From positions 27,654,001 through 27,718,000 of the forward strand of contig NC_087251.1 of NCBI RefSeq assembly GCF_037042905.1: 64,000 bases of DNA. Direction: 5' to 3'. The notes beneath the pieces were generated by a model, which saw only the letters and a program-made list of their open reading frames with translations, ran no database searches and was not told the origin of the DNA. This document shows, one piece after another, positions 27,183 to 39,930 of the stretch (position 1 is the stretch's first letter; the number at the start of each line of letters is the position of its first letter). The position numbers and the translations under genes were made by a program. The stretch comes from Lytechinus pictus. Taxonomy: Eukaryota.

Positions 27183-28053
27183 ATAGTGTGGGGCAGACTG
27201 TTTTGCAGTGCGCGCGTTTTATGTATATTTTTGACCCTGTATGAAATTGGGCCACTCGTGACCTTGCTTTCTAAGACTGTATCATAGAACTGTTATACTC
27301 CTTTGGGAATATCATGAGGAAGGTCATGGTATGCATTCTCACCTAAATGATGCCTCGCTTCACTTCAGTGAAGGTTGGCCATACGTTTAATGATGAAGTG
27401 ATGAGTTAATTATCCTTTACGCGCTATTACTCCACCGGTTATCTGCCTTAATAAACTGTTATATTTTAAACTCGGGATGTTCGCTTTGAGTCGAAACACT
27501 GGATTATCAATATAGGCGTTATACATGTAGGTGTTGAAGTTACATTATTTTCATTTCCAACCCTTTAAGGGTCATTAGGTAAAAAATATTTAATCATGAA
27601 TTATGTTGAATATTCCTTTTCCATGGTTACAGAACATGTTCAACGACATTAATATACAGGTGAATTTGTTGAGTAAGCTCCTCGGGAATGCTTTCCCCAC
27701 ATTTGAAGCATTTCTAGTATTGAATAGGCCTACTGATCTTCCAAAACTTACATTGGTGTAAATCGCTATCATATCAATGTGTACATTACAACACGATTCA
27801 GTGTTTAATGGGTTGGCCAAAATTCATTTTCAAATTCTTGTAATGTTACTTCAGCATGTAATATTAGAAGATTTTGTTCAAGCTGTAAATGAGCAGTTTG
27901 ACGACACCAACAACATATCACTTCGTAACCTCTTTTGGAAATTTATCGATGGTAATCCAAGTTGTTACAAACAATATTCTTATCTTACGTTTTCTTGGTT
28001 TGAACTTTTCACTCCTGCAGTAATACCCTCCCTGCAATATAGGTCACGAAAAT

Positions 28054-28330
28054 CAGGGCCCCGTCTTACAAAGAGTAACGATTGATCCGATCAACCTCAA
28101 CTGTGGATGGCCAGCAACGTCAACATCTAAAATGCAAATTTGTTCAAAACGTTTTCTATATAGATTATGATGTATATTCATACATTTATCGTTCTCTTGA
28201 AGATTCAGTGTGATTTCTTTTGTTTACTATATAAGGAGATTTCTCGTAGAAAAAAAAAATGGTATGGATAGATTTCCATAGAGATAAGATTGATTGGATC
28301 AATCGTAACTCTTTGTAAGACGGGGTCCAG
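28054..28330. mobile_element. Harbinger-like MITE, family D, including CAG TSDs
   Basis: CAG|GGCCCCGTCTTACAAAGAGTAACGATTGATCC ... GGATCAATCGTAACTCTTTGTAAGACGGGGTC|CAG; second copy at 44293 in opposite orientation. Confidence 0.88.
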
Positions 28331-30539
28331 TATAGCATGCCAGTCTTGCCAGACAAGTTATGGTGGTCGGCGTTTAGGTGAACGATATGTATATGACTGA
28401 AAACTATCAATTTCTTTCATTTAAAAAGTGACATTTCTTGAGGGTGGCTTCGTGACCCGCGAGCACTCTCGACTCTCGAATGAAATGAATGTAGGTCAGT
28501 TTGACCATGGTTTAACCAACCCAGAAGCTGTCATTGTAAGTGTTTTGTCCACTAATGGTCCATTTTCATTGTGGCTGATGTCCAAAATATCTAGATTTTC
28601 GCTTTGTCATTGTATGAATCATCATACGCACAGAGTTATATGCATTTTTTTAGATGAAGTAAATTATAGTCTATATACATTATACACTAGCACTTCCTTA
28701 TTTGTTTTATTTAAGAGAATTGATTTTACCAGCTAATCATCATAAAATCAGTAACTGGTTATGGACATGAAATGTTAAAATAATGAGCATTTTTTTGTGA
28801 TGCAAATCTAATGCGATTTCTTTTCTCTCTCGATCTCTTCCTATGACTTGTAATTTACATCAATACTTTATCCAAGGGATAACGTAAGCTATACCAATAT
28901 ATGAGCTCGCAAAAGTCAAACAACTGTTTACTGTTTGAAACATGTAATGAGTCTATTAATAGTTTGTACTTTGCATACATGGCCACTTCAGCCATCTGGC
29001 TGCGACTTTTTTTTTATACAAACCTTTAATTGAATGGAATATGTTCTTTCCGTTACAGGCTAGGCAGACTAGTAAGCCCCCCCCCCCCCCCTTCCAAAAG
29101 GCACATTGTGGCGTATGGACCAGATGGGCTAAAAGTCACGCGCGAACGAAACGAGCAACCGAAATCTGAACTTTTTTTAAAGTTAAAATCAAATTGTGTG
29201 AAAGAGTTTGACATATAATATTTAGAAAAAATGGGAAACCGTCCCATTTGGTTTTCATGAATATTTGAACCCAAGTCTCAGTTCATTCTGTTAAAGAAAT
29301 GGGTTCTGCTTATTTTTGCTGATAATGACTTTGGAATATTTGTAGATACAAGAAAAAGACTAGAAAAGCATTTGCTGATATGAGGCGACAAAGCTGATTC
29401 TTTCAAGTAGCCTAGTAACCCTAAGTTCTGTTTTCATTTTTTTTTTCAAACGCGACGTCGGGTGAATCTGAAGGGAGGCCTCAGTTTTAAGGCAGATTTT
29501 CTACCTTGTTCGCAAAGAATCAATTTCTTCGTGATGTGAACTGACATAGATCGCGGAAGCAGGGATACAGACCCGTCCCGTGCTATTTACCATGTCACTT
29601 AGCACAGTATTTGAACAAGATATCGATATGATTTGAATGAAAAGGCTCGTTCAAACAACAAGTGGAAACGCGTCAAGATGCATGCGATGTGTCCCTTCCA
29701 AGTCTTATTTTTATGACTCCGACTCGTTCCAGATGTTTTTGAAAATTCGTGGAATTTGATCAAAGCCTGCATCATGTATCTAAACGCACTAAATCATCTT
29801 TCAGAGGTGGTTTATTCACGTGATTTCTATTAAACTGTTAAACTTCACCTATATAGTCTAGTTTTGTCAATTTCTATCATCATGTTTTGAGATATAAATA
29901 TTGTATGAACACTACCACGTTTACCTGCTAACAATGCCTGCTCTCAATCCATATTTCTTCGCTAGACTAATGCAAATAGACACCTGAGGCATGTTCTTCC
30001 TGCACCATTAGCTACAACACTCTAAATGTGTTAATTAAGAACTTAGTATACGCAAACGTGTCAACATTTACACATTCAGCAATTACAGTTGTCTTTCATA
30101 CATTACACAAATAAGTACAATTTGTTATAAATAGAGTTTGCAATCACCAACAGGCAAAGAAAATACAACAAGTCTTCATTAGCGAAATAGAAAAGAAGAA
30201 CAAAAACAGGTGATGCAGTTGAATGCCATAATCAAAAGCCCTATTGTAAAAAAAAATTCGCCCCCCTTATTTCTACGGGAGTTTAGCCAATTATCAAGGT
30301 ATGATGAGTGTAAGTCAAAATGATCTATACAAATTAGTTTTTATTTCGCAAGTGACACTTTGTTGAGAAACACCTGCTGAAATACGCGCGAAGCGAAATC
30401 TCTTCATCTCAAGTTACGCGGTTGTTTTGTTTAGTTGCAAAAAGCTCAAAAGAATACTCCCTATGTACTTGGTTTTGTAATTTTGATAACGAAATTCAAT
30501 ACAAGACTGTCCTTATTTATTTATCCCGCCTTTACTTAT

Positions 30540-30730
30540 TCTTTCTCTCCCCCCCCCTCCCCTCTCTCCCCCTCCTGTGCTCCTCTCTTTATTTCTCCCC
30601 TCTTCCTATCTCGGTCTGTCTATGTGCCTGTCTCCGTCCTCTCTCAACTCTCTTTCTTCGATTCATTCCTTCTTCCTCTCCCCCTTCAATCTATTCTTTC
30701 CCAACCCCGGCTCAACCTCTCTCTTTCTAC
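30540..30730. repeat. Polypyrimidine (CT-rich) low-complexity tract
   Basis: About 190 bp composed mostly of C and T on the + strand. Confidence 0.75.
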
Positions 30731-33700
30731 TTAATTTCAGTGCATAATACGAGGGAAATGCACTCTAGCCGTGACTGAATATATCCATGATATATCAAAT
30801 TGTAAAAATATCATACGAATATGAGCGTTTTCGAACCGTACGTAATTGTAAGCTTTCATTTTAAGTTCCTTGAAATTTTTATGCATTGCCATGATTCTAC
30901 TTTTTTTTTTCGCCATTCCTCGAGTCAATGTTCAGTAACTCGTGTATGGGTTTCTTCGACCGTAAATGATTCCTGTACTTTCCTTTAAGAAACAATACTT
31001 TGGAGTGTGGATGATTTCATTTCGTTGTTGAGAGATTTCTAAGGCATATTGAAGAAGAAGAAAATGGAGAGCTGTGGGAATATCGATAGAGAATTATGCA
31101 TAGAGATAGAAATTGCTCTCTCAGTGTTTTCTTCTGATTTGAGTGCGAGGCCATAAGAGTCAAAATTGTACTCGCAATCTTTCAATGATTCCATGTCCCT
31201 TTGTGCAATAATTATTTCGTTCATGAATGGGAGTTAGATGGCTTTTAAAAGCTGATGCAGTATTAATATCACATAAGGGAAATGATAGATGTATCCCGTG
31301 ATTTAACCAACGACCCAATATCAACTATAAATGAATTGTTTCTTTTGTTAGATGAATTTATCAATATCTTATTCATCTTTTGGTTACCATTTTGCACGTA
31401 AGGGTGTGCCGTGGCAAAGATAATTGGGTAAAAAAATTAGGTTCTGCTGAATATAGTAACCTTCGGTAATTGTCAGGCTTTGGTACTCTTCCGTTACTAT
31501 CGTGACAGAATAAATCTTTCTTAAAGCATACTTGTGACGTGCAATAACTTACATGATAATGAAACTTGGTATGTCAAAGTATAGCATGACGTGGAATGAT
31601 ACTAACCTATACAATCTGTGTAGCAGAAAAATAAGTATTGCAACAAAGATGTGTATGCACGTTGTTATTATTGTGTTATTGAGTAAAATGTCGATTTGGG
31701 AACAATATTCCATCTGCGTCGGCTTACCTTGATCGAAAAGGTGTTGGTTTCGGATGTATCACTTGCATCACAACCAACGCATAAACAAAGCATCGCCAGT
31801 AAACAGGCCTATATAATGGGCAACGATTTTCAAGCCGCCATTAAAAAATCAAAGCTTTTGACACTATCGTGGGAGAAATTGGAACACCTATCACAAAAGG
31901 TCGTAAAGTTGATAGGAGTTTGTCTATAAACCTACCGAACCCCAAAACAACTAGAATTACTACTCGAAAACTTCTTAGATTCAAATATTTAGCGTCTGTC
32001 TTAATAGAATCAGCCATGAAAATGTCAGTCCTATAACGAACATTAATTTAGAGATAATTTATTGGTGAGGTAAAATGAATCTCAAAATTTGGCGTTTGTC
32101 AAACTTGTCAAAAAGACCAAAGATCTCAATAACAATCGGACGTCGAAACTTAAATGTACTGTTTTCACTAGTTTCTTTTATTTTTCCTGTTTTTTTTCTT
32201 CCATTTGCGTAATAACAAACAGTGGGGTTTGTTTTGTTTTCACGTTGTTGTTTATGTTGTTTTTACTGCAGAAGATGGAGATTCAGAGCAGTGGAACTGC
32301 ATGTCGTCGTATTAAATCGATGTGCCACTTCACAGAAAGTCAAGTGAATTCGAAATTTGGCGTGTCAAATTCAGTGAATTGTTTCCGCATGTGACATTAT
32401 TCTTGCGGTCATGAACGTGTAGATTTGACATTTTCATTGGGAGTATTATCGCAGGGTCTAACTAACACTGCCCACGAACAAACTCACTGGTGTTCATTCA
32501 GTTTCATCATTCGCAAGGAAGATTTTCTACTCGTCTATTCTCACGTGTCAAACTTTATTCATGGTATTCTGGTTGACGGGCACAATTACATTGTTTCTTG
32601 GCATTAAGGTTGACTCAATGAATGTCTTCACATTGATCCACAACCGTGTAAATTTGGGTTCATGGTGAACAGTTGCTGATGATGGAGCAAAGCTAAAGAA
32701 TCGTAAGTCAAAAAAGTCTTCTTTCCTCTTCCTCTTTCGGCGACTTCAGCTTGACGGACGCGCACTTGAAATTTACAAGACTTCTCATGGTATCGGGGAA
32801 AATAAAACTAAGAGGAAAAATACCTTCACTGTCTTGATATACATGTATTCATCAAAACGAATTTCACGGTGCTGCTTCAGAGTCGATTGACATTTCACTT
32901 TTGAAAAGTGCTGTCGGTCAATATATCTTTTGGACTGCCGAACACGTTCAAACGGATGAGTACATCGACTGGTCAGTTGTTGAACTGATCGAGTGGAAAA
33001 TTTATAGAATTACAAATGCTTTTATTCAGCGCGTGTAATCTGATTAGAGTCTTTTTTATTCTCTATTGTAACATGCTACAATTTCATGGCCACAAGCATA
33101 TTTTGTTTACGATTGCTTTTTGTCTGTATCCGGTCATCTCTTCGTCTTGTATTTCCAATGACCCGTTTTCACTAACCTCTTGAAAGTTGATGGATGTTCG
33201 TTTCCGTATGGTAGCGAGTATCCCATTCGATTTTAAGAAATGAATTACAATTCGGAATGATATGTCGGGCAAGTAGAAACCTTAGAAGACCGAACGATAC
33301 CGGCATCACCTATGCATGGCATTTTACTGCATATTTTTAATTTATTATTCATCCGACTGAACTATTCTATAGCAAGTGATAGTAGTGTCTTGTACTGGCT
33401 TGTTCCGACGTACAAACCATCATAAATAGTTCGCTGCTCTGTTGGTAGTTGTAAGTCAAGTGACAATTTCCCTATTTCCCATTATTTCCGTTGTACATGT
33501 CTTATCTATATATTCAATCTGTTTATTCATCTTAGGCAAAACAATATATGTCTTTTGCATTATTTTGTAGCCTCTTCGATGTTCTAGTTCTTCCATACAT
33601 GCCTCCATCCGTGTTGTAAAATTTTAAAATGTACGTATGACTATATCCAATGGAACACGGCAGCCCCCGTTGGTTTCGAGTTATGTTTAGTCACATTAGC

Positions 33701-34550
33701 GAGAAATGAAATAAGCCTATACGTGCGTTTTAATATACTAAAAATACACTGATTGTGCAAGTATATAGTTACCACATTATTTAGATGAGATTATGATATA
33801 CATGCATTTTGTTTAACTAGGGAAAATAATCGCAGTTCACACTTCATAATTTCACCATGTGTATACGCTCACGCGTAGTTTTCCAAACATCTTCGTGGCA
33901 TAGTACCTCTGATGTAATCAAACGTTATCGCCCGTCGCGATGGGTAATGCTATATCACGTTAGGATACTTCTTTATCGCGAGTGATGATTGATCGCCAAT
34001 CGAAATCAATTACCACTGGCGATCACGGATTTAAAACTAGAAGTAAGTTAAACTTCAAAATACCATAAATGTTTAACTTTTGATTTTCATGAAATTTTCA
34101 GTTTTATGCTCATGCAAATAAGTTGCATGTTGGCGAGGCCTTTAATATGCAATGGTAATGCAACAAACCAATTTTCTATAATTTAGTGCTCTACAATAAC
34201 ACGACTGCTTTATTAACCTATATCGCTCGTTTGATGCACTTGCATAGCATCAGCAACTGCATATTGAAAATATTGGAGCTTTCAGTGGAAAATCTATTTT
34301 TTGCGCTTAGAAAGATGGATTACATTATCATTGTCATGCAAAAAAAAATTATGCTCTCAGCATTCTACCGCATCGTATTTTGCAAGAGACCTTGGAGTAT
34401 AAAAGCCCTTTCATTTGACATTTAATCGCGATTGCCTCAACCCTCGTTCAACCATTAATGCAGTCGACAAGAACGAGTATAGGTGAATTGGGGTTTAGAG
34501 ATTGAAAGGAGCAAAGGCTTACACTGTATAAGTCAGAAGATGAATGGAAA

Positions 34551-35161
34551 TTAAAGGACAAGTCCACCCCAACAAAAAGTTGATTCAAATAAAAAGAGAA
34601 AAATCCAACAAGCATAACATCGAAAATTTCATCAAAATCGGATCTAAAATAAGAAAGTTATGACATTTTAAAGTTTCGCTTAATTTCACAAAACAGTTAT
34701 ATTCACATCCTTGTCGGTATGCAAATGAGGAGACTGATGACATCACTCACTCACTATTTCTTTTGTATTTTATTATATGAAATATGAAATATTCTATTTT
34801 TCTCCCTGTTGTCGTGTGAAACAACGATTAATTCCTCCCTGAGCATGTGTAATTAACATTGTTTATTACTATATGGTTCAATCAAGTTGGTCCTTATTGT
34901 TGAATCTGTAAAAATTGAAATATTGTATTATTCAAACAATAAAAAACAAAAGAAATAGTGAGTGATGGACATCATCGACTGTTTCATTTGCATGTCACTG
35001 AGTTGTGCATTTAACTGTTTTGTGAAAATTAAGCGAAACTTTAAAATGTCATAACTTTCTTATTTTACATCCGATTTTGATGAAATTTTCAGTGTTACGC
35101 TTTTTGGATTATTCTCTTTTTATTCAAATCAACTTTTTGTTGGGGTGGACTTGTCCTTTAA
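34551..35161. mobile_element. Kolobok-type MITE, subfamily A, best-preserved copy, including TTAA TSDs
   Basis: TTAA|AGGACAAGTCCACCCCAACAAAAAGTTGATT ... AATCAACTTTTTGTTGGGGTGGACTTGTCCT|TTAA; inverted similarity continues for roughly 200 bp. Confidence 0.95.
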
Positions 35162-38100
35162 AACAAAATGGGACTCACATAAGGAATAACATTCCAAAAC
35201 ATTTCATTGTAATATTGTGTGGGTTTTTCTTTTAGTTTTCTCATATGAGACAACCTCAGAGTACCAGTTGCTCCTTTATTAAGTTTGTTGATATATGGTT
35301 TTAGACATTGAGACTGTGAGCTTTTAATCAAAAGGGAGGATTATTTTGAAACAGTAAAATAATTGATGCTATACTCCAAATGTCATCTAAAATACTCACT
35401 TTCGTTTAAAATGCGTGATGTTAATGTACGTATTCGGCTATTTAAAGATCTCGATATCCATTGAGAATCCCATACCATCGTTTCTTTATTAAAAAAATTT
35501 CGGTTGTAAATTAAGCATGAGGTTTGTTTTATAAAGGGAATAAAATACTATTAAGATGTATTTTTTTAACTGCATGGTATGAAAGTATTCTATCAATTCA
35601 TCTCAGAGACAGCATCAGTGATTTATTTCCCATTATATAACATTGCCCTGAAGTCTACGTAGCCTGTACCCTAACTTAAAACAAAGTTTCTGTCATTCCA
35701 AAAAAGTAAAATTCACACTTTGCCAAATTTAATGAGTTTTAAATCCATTCTCACTTTTCCAAGATCTTCTGAGACATCTACTTTTGTAATTGTTCCAAAT
35801 CAACCGCGAGGCTTCTAAATTTGAAGAAATTCATTCATTCCAAAAAAGCCAATAGCAAATCTTTTGTCGCCTTTTTTACAACTCAAATGCAGTCAATGGA
35901 AACAGGAATGGAAGATTTAACAATTATTTTGTACTAATTGTAGGGAGACTAGAACTGTCCGGTCAGCGATCCGATAATACGATACCCTTTTTACCTTGAA
36001 TTACTATCGCCATTAGATAAACGTTTTTAACAATGCCCCTGGAACCTGATGAGGAACGAAGAGAAGGGAATATGATAACGTATTAAATCTGTGCAATCCC
36101 AATTATAGCCATGCCCCTTGTGCCTGTTTTAATTTTTTTCGACGTTCACGAGATTCCTCTCACTTTATTAAAAGAAATTGTCTATACCGCTTGAGAAAGT
36201 GATAGAAATTAACAGATCAACGATCGATTATACGTTGCTTGTATAGTCCTGCTTTGATGGCCTATACAAATCACCTCTATTTTCGTAGATTCCGTATAAA
36301 ATCTAAAGGATGCATAAAAGTAGGAGTGGGCTATAAAATGTGTGAATTTTCATTTTTCTGTGGCAACAGTTTTTGTGTTCTTTTCACCTTATCTCAACAT
36401 GAAATGATACTATTTTTTGTCTCGGGTCCGAGAAAAAAGTGAGCCGGGCCAGAATCCAAAATGGCCGCCAACCCCCCCCCCCCCAAAAAAAAAAAATCAC
36501 AGTTTTGGCCACAACTTCTTTATTTGGTGGTCTTTTTCTCTGGTTTTGGTGCATATTCATGTTTTGGGGGACAGGCAATTTGTTTTTTTCCTAAAATCAG
36601 TAATTTAAACCATTATTTGTAGAGTTAAAAGTTGGTTTTACTTAATTTACCAATTTTAGAGCTTTTTTCAGCCAAAAAGTAGGTTTCATCGTCTTGTGGT
36701 TCTTGGATATTAGACGATACCATTTGAACAGTAGCAAGCAGCCTCTCCTTAGGCAGGGGTTGGGCCCCTGGCAAAAGAAGAAACCCACCAGTCATCTGGT
36801 GATAAAGCATATCAATAACTATGCAACTTGGATAAACATTCAAATTTTGAAATGATTAATTTGATTCGTCATTTCAGTAGTTATGAGGTCAGTGGGCCAT
36901 CTTAGCGCTATCCGATACTTATATTTAACTTAAACATCAGTGTCAAATAATAAAAATGTACCGTTAAAGAGAGTCTTGGGAAGTTCTTGTGAGAAACCTT
37001 AATCGTTTTCTGCAGTACCTGCACATTTCATATTTATTCATTACTTTCATCTTGTTTATAATGCTCACCTCTAGATAACGTAATATTTGGCGTTTTTGTG
37101 CTTATGGTTCCATAAAAAAAATGGCAAGGAAGATAAGATGTGCCATTGATATTACCCATGTAGCATTATCAAACGGGTACCATTTCTTTGACTGGGTTCT
37201 AATGAAATTATTTGATTGTGGTTGGGCTGGAGGGCTGGACTTTCGGATGATTATACTGCCACCCAACCAATTCAACCACTGCAATTATACAGCATACCAC
37301 ATAATCAGCTGGCTTCAATCGCCCACAAGTGGCGTAGGAGGAGCAGTATATGTCTTGGGGTCGAACTCCGCCCCTCATTCTTTTTTAAAGTTAGCAGATA
37401 CAAACCTTATCTGTCATTGAGTTGAATAGTTAAACAGTCTCAATGATAAATGTAAAGTATATACATACTCATATAAAATGGATTTCATGAGCAATTGACA
37501 AATAAAAGACCGATCTTGACACTGGACAGAGCAGCAGTTAAGTTAAAAAAAAAAGAGGCTGTGGTCGTTGAGTGGATTTGGATTTATATGTAATAATTAT
37601 ACACGCACACATACGATATGATCGTTTAATGATATAACATTAGTATCCAACTATACTAGATTTAGGTATTAAATTGAATTAAAGACTTCATCTTCATTAT
37701 CTTCATCGAACAGAGCGTCCATATTGGTCGAACACTCCTAATGATCAATGGCAATGGTATTAAAGACATAAATGTTGTAAAATTCTTTAAACTTTTGCAC
37801 TTTTAAGCCATATCTTAGCAACCCATTACCTATCGAATGATTTATAACTCTTTAATAATGATAATCCAATAATTGTATCGTTGACCAGAATCCAAAAATA
37901 CTCAAAATTTGGAAACAGAAGTATATCGGAGTAGGGGTTATACCGAAAAAGATGTCATTCGTCATTTTGACAGTCGCGTAGGGATGGAGTTTGTATCGAT
38001 TATATCCGCTGCCTGTTTTTCTTTGAATGCTGACCAAAACCCCATTGTGGTGTTTTATATAGGCTGAAATGTGGCTAGTTTCTATAAGCAAATGAATTTC

Positions 38101-39683
38101 CACCCCTCTGTCACTCAATTGCCAATCTAATTTTTCTTTACATGGATCAACATCACTGTGGTAGTCATACCCCTCGTTCAGACGACTTTTAAAGTTCTCA
38201 TATCATATGATAATTATGTGGGTATAGACAATAATGGTCATTTTTTTTTACTCTCTTTCGTCTGAATGCTCCTAACATTTCGAACATGTTCATATCTATG
38301 GATGGACCAATGCTTTACCTACATGACCGTACCATACCTTATATAAATATATACCATAAGTGTGCAATTAAAGTAGGATTGTGCTAATTTAGAGTATGCT
38401 CCGAGATAACAAGAGCTAGGGCGGGCGCACATGCTTATGAATGTTTTATTTACCATAACTTTTTCGCTAAAGATATGCTACTTGTTGACGATACCATTAA
38501 TCCAATTGAAACTAGCATTTTGATAATATTGAATAAGAAGTGCTGGAAATTAAACGAAGTTATATATATCTTTAAATCACTTCTAGAAACAAATGTCGAT
38601 AAAATTTTCTGTTTTTTTTTTATTCAAAGAATGCTCAGCCCCTAAGTAATCAGATTAAGTTTAAAAAAAACGTTCCAATGTTCTCGGAGTTCATCGCTTG
38701 ATATAAAGAAGCTTTCATTTTATGATCGTATCACAATGGCAAAAATATTGTTTACTAGCTTCGGAAATATTAACCGACAGAAAGACTTTATCAGAAAGGT
38801 TATTTATTTTTGAAAGTATTATGTCAAATCACATCTTCATCTCCAAACTTAATTTATTTCGTTGATTATTATATTAGTATTCTTTCTTGGTTTTTTAGTG
38901 CTGATCGTTATTGATTGGGGTCTGTAATGTAAAGAATTTTATAAATCTACCTCCAGAAAAGTCAGAGAGCGGAGAAAGATCAACCACGGTACGGTTATTC
39001 TATTCTTTCGCGCCACTCGACATTTTGCTTCATGTTTTCTTACTTCTCTCCCTGCACCATCTCTGACATTTATGGAAAGCCATTTAATACTTCTCTGTGC
39101 CACGCATATTATGGTTTGGAATGAAAAGGTTAGCTATATTCACGACCAAGATGTGGAGAAAAGTCCCTCTTACTCTTTGCCTGTCAAGGTAATGATAGTA
39201 ATTGGAAGAATAGTATGTGGATATTGTTGCTCGAGTCATTTGATGAGATCATTGAGGAGTGTGGTTCGCTTCTCACAAACGACTGCTCTTCCGGCATCTC
39301 AAGGGTTGATCTCACTAATGAAAGAAAGGAAATAGAGAAAATGAAATATATAAAAAATCTTCCAGGTATATTGTTTGTGATGCCAATGTATCCTAAAATA
39401 TAAATCGGTGAGACTATAACAATCCGAGATGTATTTGCTTTTTATTTTCTATCTTTTAATATTTCATTTTTTTTTTTTGGGGGGGGGGTGTTGCTTACAT
39501 CTCTTCGTGAATATTTATATTTTTCCTTTTTTGTTTCATACATTCATGACTGAAATGTGAGAGACCGGGATTATTCACCTCCGAAGCTAATACAGATCGT
39601 GTTGTGATAGGCCTAATTGTAACGTTGAACGATAAGTTCATTAAGAAAATGAGCATTCATTTCAATGAGAAAAATAGAACGTG

Positions 39684-39930
39684 TAAACTGCAAAAACTCT
39701 GGTGTTGATTTAAAACCAGCCCGGAATATTTATATGTCCACATCAGAGAAGTGTTAAACAACACCAGTATCGTTTTTGGTCTAACACCAGATAGGTGTTT
39801 ATACAACAGTAATTAGTATTAAAACAGCATCGGTTTGATTCCAAACTGGTGTTGTTTCAATACTTCTCTGGTGTGGACATATATGGATTCCGGACTGGTG
39901 TTAAATCAACACCGTAGTTTTTGCAGTGTA
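39684..39930. mobile_element. Palindromic MITE with (C)ACTGC...GCAGTG ends flanked by TA
   Basis: ACTGCAAAAACT..GGTGTTGATTTAA..CCAG pairs with CTGGTGTTAAATCAACACC..AGTTTTTGCAGT; arms ~80 bp with repeated ACACCAG words; CACTA/EnSpm-like assignment is tentative. Confidence 0.85.

Noticed and set aside
34551..35161. piggyBac classification of the TTAA-flanked elements
   Set aside because: piggyBac ends typically start CCY; these start AGG, which fits Kolobok.
36320..36850. Possible transposon fragment containing CAAAATGGCCGCC
   Set aside because: No paired termini, TSD or second copy found in the window.
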